Origin: an uncultured delta proteobacterium
Lineage (GTDB): Bacteria; Desulfobacterota; RBG-13-43-22
DNA: 64,000 nucleotides
Reading direction: 5' to 3'
Assembly (NCBI GenBank): GCA_963802945.1
Contig: CAWDKY010000017.1
Span: 1 to 64,000 of the forward strand
Within the stretch, counting starts at the first letter, position 1, and each line of letters opens with the position of its first letter. The notes beneath the pieces are model-generated. The model did not search any database. It had not been told where the DNA came from and worked only from the letters and a program-made list of their open reading frames with translations. Shown piece by piece: positions 42,991 to 53,465 of the stretch. Position numbers and translations under genes: made by a program.

Positions 42991-43066
42991 CCCTAATATT
43001 ATGATCGAGTTGGACGCTGCGCAAGCGCAGCGCCCCACAACAAGCGAATGCAGCAGACCGTTAGTT
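42991..43066 (+). other. Degenerate or hybrid attC-like site
   Basis: CCCTAAT...GCTGCGCAAGCGCAGC hairpin...ACAACAAGCGAATGCAGCAGAC CGTTAGTT, downstream of the methyltransferase. Confidence 0.45.
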
Positions 43067-43400
43067 TGCCAATGGTTTAAATCTCCTGCCGCCTTGATGA
43101 CGATTACTGTTTGAACTCTTGTCGTTTGTCTAAAGTGGAAGTTTGAGGACTTCAGGAAGAAGTCTTTTCACCTAAAGTTCTCTTTCCGAATTATTGTATT
43201 TGATCATCCTGGTTCAAACCGGCCAAGACAAACTTCTTTAATTCTAAAAAACCATCAGGGTTCATCGTAAATCCGGTTCGTAGGGTCGCACTTTATGAGA
43301 CTGGTTTACCGCAGGGAACTCCAATATTTAAAATAAGGATCTTCTCCAAGAGAATTGGTGATGGTAGGGTCAAAAAAAAGTGAGGCGTCGGTAAAGGGGT

Positions 43401-43605
43401 CTAGGAGGTTTTGTCTTTGGTATCTTTGCTATTTTCTTTCAGCTCGGCCTGATCTTCGTTCTCGCTTTCTCCAGTAACGCTGTTTTTAAATTCCCGGATA
43501 CTTTTCCCCAGGCTTTTGCCGATTTCGGGCAGCCCTTTTGCTCCAAAGATAAAAAGGACTATGACCAAAATTAATGATTAACTCTTGCGCCCCTATACCA
43601 AACAT
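43401..43605 (-). CDS. tatA: Twin-arginine translocase TatA (1-nt frameshift near 43570)
   Basis: AAGGAGG RBS; [39 protein letters not shown]. Confidence 0.88.
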
Positions 43606-43632
43606 GGGACCTCCTTGGGTATGAAAAAAGGG

Positions 43633-43806
43633 TTAATGGTTCAAATTTTTTATCGCCCGCATGGTCCTTAAGGCCACAACTGTCAAGGTCACCCCAAGTA
43701 CGGCCAGAACCAGATAAGCCAGGCCAAGGAAAAAACCGTGTCCCCAATCCCAGGGGACTTCCCAGGGGAGTATGCTCCAAACACTGTGAGTACTGATTGA
43801 AACCGT
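43633..43806 (-). CDS. Small single-TM protein, HmcD-like, apparent ACG start
   Basis: AAGGGGG RBS; (M)VSISTHSVWSILPWEVPWDWGHGFFLGLAYLVLAVLGVTLTVVALRTMRAIKNLNH*. Confidence 0.6.
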   Translation of the reverse strand, partial: TVSISTHSVWSILPWEVPWDWGHGFFLGLAYLVLAVLGVTLTVVALRTMRAIKNLNH

Positions 43807-44003
43807 AAAATATCCCCCTTTAAGACAGATAATCCAGTAGATTTATTCCTTTTTAACAAAAATACGGTCTTCTGTCAACTTTTTCTTGACAGAATCCTTG
43901 GTTTTGGTTATAGGGGTTCTAAGAAAAGATATCGTAAGGGAATAAATTCCTTATTAATGAATAATACTCATAAACATTTCAGAAAAGGGAGGTAAGCGGG
44001 AAA

Positions 44004-44441
44004 ATGAAAAAAGGCTTGGCAATTATCACCATCATTGCGGCATTTCTCTTTTCAATGGGGTTAATCGCTTGGGTTTACGCCGCTGCTGCGGTTAAAGTTC
44101 CTGACACCGTCAAGATTGATAACGATAAGGCTTTTTTTAAGGAAAGTAAACGAACGAAGCCGGCGGTGGAATATAGCCATCTAAAACACGAGAGGGATCA
44201 CAAAATCGCCTGTACCGAATGTCACCATCTTTACAAGGACGGTAAAAATACCTGGAAACAAGGCACAAGCAAGGTACAAAAGTGCAATGAGTGCCACAAG
44301 GCTACAGAACAGGGCAAAATCCTAACTCTCCAAAATGCCTATCATAAGAATTGTAAAGACTGCCACGCCAAAATGAAAAATGAAAGCAAGAAAACTGGGC
44401 CTGTTGTTTGCGCTCAGTGCCATGTGGAGGGAAAGAAATAA
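44004..44441 (+). CDS. Tetraheme cytochrome c3 (class III)
   Basis: Signal peptide; four CXXCH motifs (CTECH, CNECH, CKDCH, CAQCH). Confidence 0.93.
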   Translation: MKKGLAIITIIAAFLFSMGLIAWVYAAAAVKVPDTVKIDNDKAFFKESKRTKPAVEYSHLKHERDHKIACTECHHLYKDGKNTWKQGTSKVQKCNECHKATEQGKILTLQNAYHKNCKDCHAKMKNESKKTGPVVCAQCHVEGKK

Positions 44442-44460
44442 TACCTTTTAGGTTGGGAAT

Positions 44461-44501
44461 AAAAAAGGTCTGGCTGAAGGACTTCAGTCAGACCTTTTTT
44501 T
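44461..44501. terminator. Bidirectional intrinsic terminator
   Basis: AAAAAAGGTCTGGCTGAAG GA CTTCAGTCAGACCTTTTTT between convergent genes. Confidence 0.85.
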
Positions 44502-44502
44502 G

Positions 44503-44688
44503 TTATACCTCGGTTACCGTGATTGCTCCTTCTTCACATGCCTCTATGCAGCTTTCACAGCCTAAGCATTCATCTTCTTGAAATGGGACGGCCTTACCAT
44601 CTCGAAGCTCAAGAACATTAACAGGGCAAACCTCTATACATGCATCGTCCCCGACACATTTATTCGGGTCCACTTCGACTTTAAACAT
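44503..44688 (-). CDS. Dicluster-type ferredoxin
   Basis: CVGDDACIEVCP (Asp in place of the second Cys) and CLGCESCIEAC. Confidence 0.92.
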   Translation of the reverse strand: MFKVEVDPNKCVGDDACIEVCPVNVLELRDGKAVPFQEDECLGCESCIEACEEGAITVTEV

Positions 44689-44828
44689 AACGCATCTCTT
44701 TCCTGGCTTAAAATATTTTATAAATTAAAAGTAATCGGTGAGCCCTTTGAAATCATTTTTATTAACACTATTTAGGAAAATAAACCAAATTTGTCAAGCG
44801 AAAAGAATCTTCAGAAGGAGGCTGCCCA

Positions 44829-45839
44829 TCAGACCAGAGCAGGTGAGAAGAGAATTAAAGGAATTGATCCTCTTTGATCAAGCTGGGCCAGGGGTTCTTT
44901 CCACGAAGGCTGAAAAGAGGGGAGGATGAGCTGATATTTGCCGTTAGGCGGCAATCCTAAACCCGAAAGGGCAATTTTGAAATCATCAAGGGATCTTTTT
45001 TGCTCCTGCACCCCGAAAGAACGTAAAAGCCTCTTCAGGTTTTGTTGAACAAAAGATTTATTAAGAGAGGCCAAGTTCTTGGCCTGTTTTTGAAAGTTTT
45101 CCGAACATAGAGAACTCAAATCCGGCAAGGAGAGAGCCATGATCTGGTCTTCTTCAGGATCGAGGCCATAATGATCCGTCCAAACCCATTGCTGAGTAGT
45201 GAAGAGGATCGAGGGTTCAGGGGCCAGTTCATTTTTTAATTCCCGCCAGGCAGTCAGGGCCAGGGGACAAAGGATCTCGATGTCGTTCTTGTTCAATACC
45301 AGAGGGGAGGCCGTTTCCCATTGCGATCCTTCTTCCAAACTTTCCTGCCAACCTTGAGCCATGATTTGTTCCTGCTTCTCAATCTCGGCCAAAGAGGCCT
45401 CCACTTCCCATTCCTTAAGCATCCATTCGTGAATCAGACAAAGGAAAACCTGGCCGTTTACGATGGAGGCATCCCTCAAGGGTGTTGTGAAAGGTTTTCT
45501 CTTTATTAAACCGACGATCTCTTCTTGGGTTTCCTGATCCTGCATTGAATCGGCTTCTTTAAGATATTTCAAAAATCCCCGATTTGAATAATTGGCCATA
45601 TAGGCCTGGATTTCTCTTAACTTTTTATCTTTTACCCGGATTTCCTCCCGGGTTCGTTCCAAGGTCCGTACCTGGAGCAAGCCTTGAGAAACAAGTGATT
45701 GAAAGAACGCCGGTAAAGGTAAGGGGAAAGGGTGCAGCAATATAGCTTGGTTAGAAAAAAGAATAGACCAGATCAGGGCCTCTTCTTCCATCAAGGTATA
45801 GGGGCAAATCAGGGCCGAAGGAAAGGTTGTTAATTCCAT
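44829..45839 (-). CDS. Hypothetical protein
   Basis: 336-aa ORF with no recognised motif. Confidence 0.7.
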   Translation of the reverse strand: MELTTFPSALICPYTLMEEEALIWSILFSNQAILLHPFPLPLPAFFQSLVSQGLLQVRTLERTREEIRVKDKKLREIQAYMANYSNRGFLKYLKEADSMQDQETQEEIVGLIKRKPFTTPLRDASIVNGQVFLCLIHEWMLKEWEVEASLAEIEKQEQIMAQGWQESLEEGSQWETASPLVLNKNDIEILCPLALTAWRELKNELAPEPSILFTTQQWVWTDHYGLDPEEDQIMALSLPDLSSLCSENFQKQAKNLASLNKSFVQQNLKRLLRSFGVQEQKRSLDDFKIALSGLGLPPNGKYQLILPSFQPSWKEPLAQLDQRGSIPLILFSPALV

Positions 45840-45967
45840 ATTAAGCCAAGATATCCCGGCTGCAGCGAGGCGTCAGGAACGACCAAAATATTGAATGTCG
45901 AACAACAAATAACGAATGTCGATTTAAAAAGAAACCAATCAATTCATGAATCGGAATTCGAAGTTCG

Positions 45968-46606
45968 TTATTTATTATTTGTATTTTTAAAACCGTTTCG
46001 CCTCCTCACACCGGCCTTATCTAAAAAATCGGCCATTTTTTCATAGGGCTGAGCCCCGACCAAAAAATGTTGCCCTAATAATAAAGTCGGGACAGCTTGA
46101 ATTCCCTGTTGCCGTGAACGAGCCCAGTCCTGATCCACCGCTTCCTTAAAGGCCCTCTTTTGGAGCACTTCCTGGGCTTCATCCCCCGGGAGCCCGATGG
46201 ATTCGGCCAAAGGAGCGAGTTCGGGAATTTTTCCTATGTTTATGCCTTGAACAAAATAAGCTCGGAATATTGCTTGGTGGAATTCGTCTCCCTTGCCCTT
46301 GGACTCGGCCCACTTACCCAGCTCCTGGGCCAAGCGGCTGTTATAGGTCATTTTCCTCTCTCCCAAAGGCAATCCGGCATCCTGGGCCGCCTGTTTCAGA
46401 CGGGATCTTACCTGATTCAAATCCAGACGACCGGCAAAAAGTTGTTCTATCGACTGTCCGCTCTCAGGGGTTTCGGGATGAAGGGGAAAAGCAGTCCAGC
46501 GGATAGCTATTTTAAATTCTTTACGTAATCGATCAATACGCCCGGTAATGAAATAACACCAGGGTCAAACGTAATCTGAAAAAATTTCGAGGGTGGGGAT
46601 CTCCAT
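45968..46606 (-). CDS. DsbA/FrnE-family oxidoreductase, selenoprotein (UxxC)
   Basis: ATG 46606 reads MEIPTLEIFSDYV-U(TGA 46565-46567)-PWCYFITG...FPLHPETP, in frame with ORF 45968..46420 (AVPT, VGAQPY). Confidence 0.9.
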
Positions 46607-46986
46607 CGTGGATTTCCTTTCAGATGCTGACTTCAAGAAATTTCTTTTGTCAGAAGAATGTCGGCTTTGATTTGATGATTAGGTTTTCAACAGTGAAGCC
46701 GGAAGCTTTTTTATCTTTAAGCCGTTTTGACTGACCTCGACAATGGCCTCGATACCCTCGAGAGGGATCTCATTGATAAACTATCGATCGTCTTTTCTTT
46801 GATTCAGGGGCTTTCCCATTTCCATGGCCTGTGCCTCCCTTTAAAAACTTGTCGAGCGGAGAAATGGTTTCCTAATAAATTGCCTCTGTCAAAAGAAAAA
46901 ACTTCTCCCTCGCCGTAATAAACTTTTACGGGCTATCCGGCGAAAATAAAAAAATTATCCTATTCCCTCTAATCAATTTAAAAGGC

Positions 46987-47988
46987 CTAAGCCGGAACAA
47001 ACTCGGCCGGCCTGACCTCATCCAGAGTGATAGCCTCCACCGGACAGGTCACCAGACAGAGACCGCACCCCATGCATTTCTCGGGGTTAATAACAGCAGT
47101 ATCCCCCTCTCCTTCCATACTGATCGCCTCAAAATAGCATCGGTCCAGACAGGCCTCGCAGGACGAACAGGTTTCAGGATCAACTGCCGCCCGAAACCGG
47201 CTCGGCAAAACAAATTTCCCCAGGCCGGTTCTGACCGAAGGCCAGTTCAAACAACAGTCGCCGCAGCAGTTACAGATCACATGACCCAGGGTCCTTTTGT
47301 TACCGGTAACGTGTATCAGACCCTCTTCTTCGCACATCTTCATCATCTTGAGGGCTTCATCCTTTTCCAGTTTGCGACCCGTTCCCCTTTCAATCGAATA
47401 GTCGGCGGCCTTGTCGATCTGGACGCAGACCTCCACCGGCTTGCCGCAGGCCCCATCTATGGCCCGGCAGGAACAGGGGGTGACGGCCAGGTTTCTGGCC
47501 TCGGCTATGATGCTCTTGACATCGTCAAAAGCCAGGATTTGGGTCTCGTTTTGAACCGATACATTCACCGGGATTACCCGGATTACAGCGGAGGGCAGCA
47601 TTTGCTCTATTTTCCGGCTGAGATCATCGAACTCCTTATGCATAAAATCCTTCCAGAGGGGCAACATCTTGGGAGGTGGATTTACAATAACTGCCGTAGA
47701 ATCGTGCATCTGAAGTACAGTCCGGACCCGGTAATATCGGGTTCCATCCGCTTTTTTTGACTTAAAAAGCAAACCCTTCTTGAATAGCGGATCAACCAAC
47801 GTTTCAACCTCTTCCTCCTTCAGGCCGGTCTTTTGAGCGATCTCCTGGATAGAAGCTGGCGGTGCGGCAGCCAAAAGGATCTTGGCCTCCTTTTCGTCGG
47901 TCAAGGTTTCAAAAATCCCGGGAATGTATTTTGAATTCCCTACTCCCACCGCTTCAGCTAGTTGTTGGTACAATGTTTTTTCGGTCAT
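46987..47988 (-). CDS. 4Fe-4S binding protein with N-terminal wHTH-like region
   Basis: CSCR, ICNCCGDCC, CSSCEACLDRC, CMGCGLCLVTCP. Confidence 0.88.
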   Translation of the reverse strand: MTEKTLYQQLAEAVGVGNSKYIPGIFETLTDEKEAKILLAAAPPASIQEIAQKTGLKEEEVETLVDPLFKKGLLFKSKKADGTRYYRVRTVLQMHDSTAVIVNPPPKMLPLWKDFMHKEFDDLSRKIEQMLPSAVIRVIPVNVSVQNETQILAFDDVKSIIAEARNLAVTPCSCRAIDGACGKPVEVCVQIDKAADYSIERGTGRKLEKDEALKMMKMCEEEGLIHVTGNKRTLGHVICNCCGDCCLNWPSVRTGLGKFVLPSRFRAAVDPETCSSCEACLDRCYFEAISMEGEGDTAVINPEKCMGCGLCLVTCPVEAITLDEVRPAEFVPA

Positions 47989-48451
47989 TGAATTTCTCCT
48001 CCTTGTTTTCTCAATAAGTCGGTTTTTGAATCATCGCGATATACTCTTGCTTCTTTTCCTTGAATTCTTAATGAACTATTGTACCCCAGATCTTAAAAAA
48101 AAGAAATGCCTTATGACTATTATCTAAGATTACCCCTTTTTCCTTTTTCAACCCGATAGGGAGCCGGAGCCTGGATTGAATTCAAGGGTGGCCGAAAGGA
48201 TCAAGGGACTGGGCAAATATAAAATGACTAATTGATCCGGACTCTATAAAATTTGTCATATCCAAGACACTTTATGGGGGACATTGGTTTCAGACATGGC
48301 TACTCTTTACTTCAAAGATGCTTTCAAATTTTATTCGGGTCATAACATACCCGTTCAACTAATTCCACAAGGTCCTGGATTATGTCCTGGATTAAGGTAG
48401 GTCAACAAGGAAGATTTGACCCTCTTCCCCCTTGTTGATTAATAAAAAAGA

Positions 48452-48488
48452 TTGGTCGGGGGGAGGAAAACATCATTCCCCCGACCAA
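48452..48488 (-). terminator. Intrinsic terminator
   Basis: TTGGTCGGGGG...CCCCCGACCAA stem followed by a T-tract on the minus strand. Confidence 0.7.
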
Positions 48489-48507
48489 AATAGCGGACAC
48501 TACTTTC

Positions 48508-49659
48508 TTAAACTTTGATCTGACCTGCCTGCATCGTCTTCGTCGGTTTGAGTACCTCCAGCTTGAATTTATTGTATAACTCCTCCAGCTTGGCCAGGAG
48601 CACAGGATAACCGATGCCTTGGGCCAACGCAAACGGGCCGAAGGGCGATCCGCCGCCGTTGGCCAAGGCCAGGTCTATTTCTTTCGGATCTTCGCACACG
48701 CCCTCTTCGATAAGCTTGGTCGCTTCATTGACCTGGAGGGCAACCATGTGATTGAGGTCATATTCCTTGGTTGCCTTGGACAGATCGATTGCCGGCCGGC
48801 CCTTGGACCAATCGTATATGCCCTTGCCGGTCTTCTTGCCCAAGTTTCCCGATTTCAGAAAAGCCAGGATAGCCTCGGACGGCTTGTAGTCTTTGGACAG
48901 GACCTCGGCAAAATATTCCAGACCATGGACAGCAATATCGATCCCGACATAGTCTATCAGCTCAAACGGCGCCATGGGCATCATGGGTTTGAAGGCTGCG
49001 TCGAATTCTTCCGGTGAGGGATGCCCCGCTTCCAGAATCTTGGACAGCAAAAGCAGGGTTGGTTCGTTGACCCGGTTGTAAATAAAGCCGGGCGAATCTT
49101 TTTTCACAATGACAGGAACCTTATTGATTTTTTTGGCAATAGCATAGCCGATTTGGATGGACTCATCGGAGGTCTTCTTGCCCTTGATCACTTCAACCAG
49201 TTTCATCAGGATGGCCGGATTGAAAAAATGATAACCGATGACCTTGTCCGGTCTCTGCGTGGCGGAAGCAATGTCGGTGATACTGATGTTGGAGGTGTTG
49301 GACGCCAAAATGGCATGTTTGGGCGCGAACTTGTCCAGGTCGGCAAAGACGCTCTGTTTGAGCTGCAGCTTTTCGGGAACGGCTTCAATGATAAAATCGG
49401 CGTCCTTCACCGCCGTCTGCAAATCGACGATCGGGATCAGACGAGTAAAGGCGTCGGCATAAGCCTCCGGCGTCATTTTGCCCTTTTCCTTGAATTTATC
49501 AAAACTGGCCTTGATGCCGGCCATTCCCTTATCGACAAACTTCTGATCAATATCACGTAAAAATACTTTATAGCCGCCCATCAAACAGGCGGCGGCAATT
49601 CCGTGACCCATGTCACCCGCACCGATCATAGCAATCGTTTTTACATCTTCAGCTTTCAT
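48508..49659 (-). CDS. 3-hydroxyacyl-CoA dehydrogenase
   Basis: GAGDMGHGIA, EAVPE, ASNTS, HFFNP, LGKKTGKG. Confidence 0.93.
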   Translation of the reverse strand: MKAEDVKTIAMIGAGDMGHGIAAACLMGGYKVFLRDIDQKFVDKGMAGIKASFDKFKEKGKMTPEAYADAFTRLIPIVDLQTAVKDADFIIEAVPEKLQLKQSVFADLDKFAPKHAILASNTSNISITDIASATQRPDKVIGYHFFNPAILMKLVEVIKGKKTSDESIQIGYAIAKKINKVPVIVKKDSPGFIYNRVNEPTLLLLSKILEAGHPSPEEFDAAFKPMMPMAPFELIDYVGIDIAVHGLEYFAEVLSKDYKPSEAILAFLKSGNLGKKTGKGIYDWSKGRPAIDLSKATKEYDLNHMVALQVNEATKLIEEGVCEDPKEIDLALANGGGSPFGPFALAQGIGYPVLLAKLEELYNKFKLEVLKPTKTMQAGQIKV

Positions 49660-49878
49660 GGCACTCTCCTCCTTCTATGTTTTTTAATTTATTGGTTTCT
49701 TGGACTGCCCCAATCCCGTTCAGGCTGTTGCTTGAACATCCCAAAACGGGATGGTTGCTATTGATAGGCGATAAAATATTTACATTTTAACACAAAAGGA
49801 TTGCGATGGAAAGTTGAATTTTCCTATCCATTAAAACTGAATACCGGTTAATTATTTAAGGTCATCCCTCATTTTATA

Positions 49879-50406
49879 CTATTTCGGCAGGAATCCCACA
49901 TCGAGGCCCGAGAAGTTGTGCTCGATGCCCATCTCGTCCAAGATCTGCGATATCTGCCCGCGGTGATGGATGCCGTGTATAACGGTCGTGCTCAAGAGGT
50001 AATGGAGGGGCACCGCGTCGGGCTTCCCGCCGAACCAGGCCACCTTGACCGGAAGGACGAGATCGTTCTCGGTAAGGGTGGCGACGAAATCGACGGTCGC
50101 CTGATCGGCGATTTGGGTGATCTTCTTAAGCTCGGCCCATTGGTCCGCGTTAAGGCTATCACCCCTGGGCACCTTGAGACCATCGGTTGCCTTAAACGCC
50201 GAGGCCGCCGCGGGTACGGCCGTGCGTAAAAAACCCTGGAAAAAAAGGACTACGCCGAAGGCGTGGCAGGCGAGACCGGAGAGACTCTTGTAGTAGCTTT
50301 TTCTGTTCTCGTTACGAGCCTCTTCCGATAGGCCATCGAGCAGGGCGATGACCGAGGCGTCAGCCCTTTGCGTGTACTTCGCATACATAAGCAGCAGATC
50401 TTTCAT
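49879..50406 (-). CDS. DinB family protein
   Basis: HGIHHRGQISQIL motif. Confidence 0.85.
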   Translation of the reverse strand: MKDLLLMYAKYTQRADASVIALLDGLSEEARNENRKSYYKSLSGLACHAFGVVLFFQGFLRTAVPAAASAFKATDGLKVPRGDSLNADQWAELKKITQIADQATVDFVATLTENDLVLPVKVAWFGGKPDAVPLHYLLSTTVIHGIHHRGQISQILDEMGIEHNFSGLDVGFLPK

Positions 50407-50522
50407 GTGATACCTCCCAATGAAAATTTATAGTATTACTAAAGTAACCTTAAAATAATTGAAGCTCCCTGCACCAGGGTGCAGTCCCGCGAGACGGGAT
50501 TCTAGGCAAGATAAGGGGGCGA

Positions 50523-51278
50523 TCATTTCCCGTCCAAATGGGAAAGCCCTTCGATAAAGGCCAGCACATTTTTGCCCAGAACAGAATGATTGTAGCCGCC
50601 TTCGAGGATGCCGAAACATCCGCCTTTATTGTTTCGAGCGGTCTCCCTGACCAGTCTGCCCATAAAGGTATAATCTTCGGTTTTGAGAAGCCCTCCCCAA
50701 TCCGCTTCATGATTATCGAATCCGGCGGAAACAGCGATCATATCGGCATCGGTCCGGGCTAGGGAATCTTCCACGCTCTTTAAATATTCCATTCGGTTTT
50801 GGGCTGAGGGATTAAAGATGGTCACATATCCACGGCCGCCCAGAATGTTAACATTCCCGTCCCCGAAGTGCAGATCGAAATCCAGAATAAAGGCTTTTTT
50901 GATTTTCCCTTCCTTCTTTAATTTTTCGAGGGCAATGGACATATTGTTGAAATAACAGAAACCCCAAGCGCTTGAGGCCGAGGCGTGATGACCCGGCGGA
51001 CGAATCAGGGCAAAACAGGGTTCGGTCAACCCGATCCGGGCGGCTAAGACGGCGCCTCCCGCGGCCATGGCGGCTATATCATAGACACCCTCTTGTTCGA
51101 CGGATTGGATATGCCCTGGTGTGTGGGCACGGAGAATATCCTCCCGTGTCGCCGCCACAGGGGTCAAAAAATGGACTTTCCCCCGCAGTTCCGTTTCGAC
51201 GGCCAGGATTCTTCCCGGGGCCGAAGCGGGGTCAGAAGAATAAATTTGGTTATAATCTTCATGAAAGACGACCTTCAT
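50523..51278 (-). CDS. Histone deacetylase family protein
   Basis: RPPGHHA, GFCYFNN, DFDLHFGDG, SAGFD, LEGGY. Confidence 0.93.
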   Translation of the reverse strand: MKVVFHEDYNQIYSSDPASAPGRILAVETELRGKVHFLTPVAATREDILRAHTPGHIQSVEQEGVYDIAAMAAGGAVLAARIGLTEPCFALIRPPGHHASASSAWGFCYFNNMSIALEKLKKEGKIKKAFILDFDLHFGDGNVNILGGRGYVTIFNPSAQNRMEYLKSVEDSLARTDADMIAVSAGFDNHEADWGGLLKTEDYTFMGRLVRETARNNKGGCFGILEGGYNHSVLGKNVLAFIEGLSHLDGK

Positions 51279-51345
51279 CTCTTCCTCACTTTATCCGGGG
51301 CCACAAAAATTATTTTTAACCACGGGCCCAAAGAACTTTTTTGCT

Positions 51346-51518
51346 GGAAAGAGTATAAGACAAGAACAAGACCGGGGCAAGGGGAAAAGCAAATCGAAAA
51401 TCCTTCTATTGACCGATGGAGGCCTGGTCTAATCGGGGCCATAAAACACCAAGTTAACTTAGGCAACAACGTCTTGGATTAAGGTATGTCAATAATGAAG
51501 ATTTGAGCCTCTCCCCCC
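51346..51518 (-). repeat. Recurring intergenic module containing a TTGCCC-17-TATACT promoter (copy A)
   Basis: Aligns with 53241-53320, 54335-54520 plus 54690-54730, and 55435-55478. Confidence 0.8.
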
Positions 51519-51522
51519 TTTT

Positions 51523-51551
51523 GATGCCCGGGGAAACTTTCCCCGGGCATC
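51523..51551. terminator. Hairpin terminator
   Basis: GATGCCCGGGGAAA C TTTCCCCGGGCATC. Confidence 0.7.
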
Positions 51552-51558
51552 GTGTATA

Positions 51559-53097
51559 TTATTTTTTTGTCAACCCGATGCTTTCATAAGACTCGTCGAT
51601 AGGAGGCATTTTTACGAAATACGGCCGCGCCGGAAGCTTTCCATAGATGGGATGTTCCTGCCAACCGTTTATACGGGCCGCCCGTTTGGCCGCCGATTGG
51701 TATCTTTTCCAGTCAGCGCTGGTATAGAGAAACATCTCCTGAGCGGCCATGGACCCTTCACCGTGAATGGTATCGACCTCGTAGTGATTTCCGGTGTAGT
51801 CCTTGATGAGCCGCAATATGCGAATCCGGTCCTCTGTCGGCACCCCGTCTTTGGCCGCCAGATATTTTTCAATGTAGGGTTGTATGGCCGGATTTTTCCA
51901 GTCCCGATAGGCCGGCACCGTGGTGGTCAATCCACCCCCGATATCCTGCATATGTTGGACCATCTGGTGAAAATTGCTGGCATAGGTGAACTTGGAGGCA
52001 TTAATGGCCATCCGATTGGGCATCATGACATCCATTCCAAATTCGGTGACCGGATCCTGGCAGGCCTGTTTCCCCAACATCTGCACCGTTTCCGTAATAT
52101 AGGCCATCCAGGCCAGCTTTTTCCGGACGTGCGGGACATTCTGGACACCGTTATATTCAGCGATCAGGCTCGCTGCCCCGGTCATGGTTTCAAGAGTCCC
52201 CGTCATCTTGCAGGTGCCGAAGAGGCGGTGGTAACTGGCGAAGGCATAGGCCAGGATTTGGGAATACTCCCACTCGCCGCACATAAAAACCCGTTCCCAG
52301 GGCACAAAGACATTATCGAAGATGATCAAAGATTCCGAGGGCTGCATGTGGTCCGATATGGGATAATCGAATTCACATTCCTCCCCGTAGAGCCGGACAT
52401 TCGGCTCTACCCCCAAAAGCTTGACACCGGGCGTGCTAACAGGTACGGCAAAGGCCAGGGCATAGTCCTTGTCTGCTTCGCCATGGGTCCGGCAGGGCAG
52501 GCAGAGCAGCTCATTGGCACAGGGAGAGGCGCTGATATGCACCTTGGCGCCCCGGACCACGATGCCGTCCTTCTGCCGATCTACTATCCTCAGGTAAAAG
52601 TCCTGGTGCTGTTTCTGCTTGGAGGGGTGAAGGCTTCGATCCCCCTTAACATCAGTAATGGCCCCGGTGATGGCCAAATCGTTCTTTTGCAGATGTTTGC
52701 GGTACTGCTCGACCCGCTCCATATACCCGGTGCCCAGTTTGCTGTCCATGACCTGGGCAGCGACGGTAAAGGCGGCCAGGGCATCGGCGCCCATGCAATG
52801 GACGATTACTCCTCCGCCGGATCGGATCCCGACCGTGTAGCATTCCCGCCGGCGAAGAAGGTCTTCCGGTGTTTTCGGAGAAGTCAGCAAAAAATTAATA
52901 TCTTCGCCGTCTTCATTCTGGGTCACAAAGAGCTTCCGATAATCCGGGTGATTGGGCAGGACATAGTCCATGCAGGCCGTTCTGATGATGGTACTCACCG
53001 TCGGATGGGTCCGCACATCAGCCACCTTTTCTCCCAGACACCAGACTTCCCGTCCGTCATTCAAACTTTCAAGATACTGTTCTACTGTTTTTATCAT
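51559..53097 (-). CDS. 4-hydroxybutyryl-CoA dehydratase / 4-HPA 3-hydroxylase family protein
   Basis: TDVKGDRS, GIVVRGAK, FDNVFVPWERVF, HGEGS. Confidence 0.9.
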   Translation of the reverse strand: MIKTVEQYLESLNDGREVWCLGEKVADVRTHPTVSTIIRTACMDYVLPNHPDYRKLFVTQNEDGEDINFLLTSPKTPEDLLRRRECYTVGIRSGGGVIVHCMGADALAAFTVAAQVMDSKLGTGYMERVEQYRKHLQKNDLAITGAITDVKGDRSLHPSKQKQHQDFYLRIVDRQKDGIVVRGAKVHISASPCANELLCLPCRTHGEADKDYALAFAVPVSTPGVKLLGVEPNVRLYGEECEFDYPISDHMQPSESLIIFDNVFVPWERVFMCGEWEYSQILAYAFASYHRLFGTCKMTGTLETMTGAASLIAEYNGVQNVPHVRKKLAWMAYITETVQMLGKQACQDPVTEFGMDVMMPNRMAINASKFTYASNFHQMVQHMQDIGGGLTTTVPAYRDWKNPAIQPYIEKYLAAKDGVPTEDRIRILRLIKDYTGNHYEVDTIHGEGSMAAQEMFLYTSADWKRYQSAAKRAARINGWQEHPIYGKLPARPYFVKMPPIDESYESIGLTKK

Positions 53098-53240
53098 CTT
53101 AATTCCTCCTTTTTATTAAACGCCATTGTAAAAAATTGTATTTTTGAAAACATACACATCCCCAGGATCATAGAGGACCCGCATCGGCAATTAAAAGCGA
53201 TCAAAGGTCTTTTATTATAAGTTGAAAAAGTTTCCTTCTG

Positions 53241-53320
53241 GATGGAAAGAGTATAAGGCAAGAATAAGACTGGGGCAAGGAGAAATGTAAATCGCAAACC
53301 CTTCTTTGGACCGTTGGTTG
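53241..53320 (-). repeat. Recurring promoter module (copy B)
   Basis: AGTATA at 53250-53255 and GGGCAA at 53273-53278, followed by AATCG..CCTTCTTTGGACCGTTGG. Confidence 0.8.
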
Positions 53321-53465
53321 CTAAAAATATCGTTATTATGCCCCAGGAATCCCCGGACAGTGGCCTTTTAATTGGTGACCCCCTTCCTAATCCTGGCCTT
53401 TGAGTTCAGAGCCGTCAAGGATAAGAACCAGATCACTCATCATATCCTCTAAAACAAACTTTCAA

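Noticed and set aside
50465-50512. Twin hairpins as a riboswitch for dinB
   Set aside because: They match no aptamer consensus I know; more likely a terminator or small repeat.
51652-53220. Long antisense ORFs (also 22150..23439, 10924..12117, 3024..3650)
   Set aside because: They are shadows of well-supported opposite-strand genes and have no motifs or RBS.
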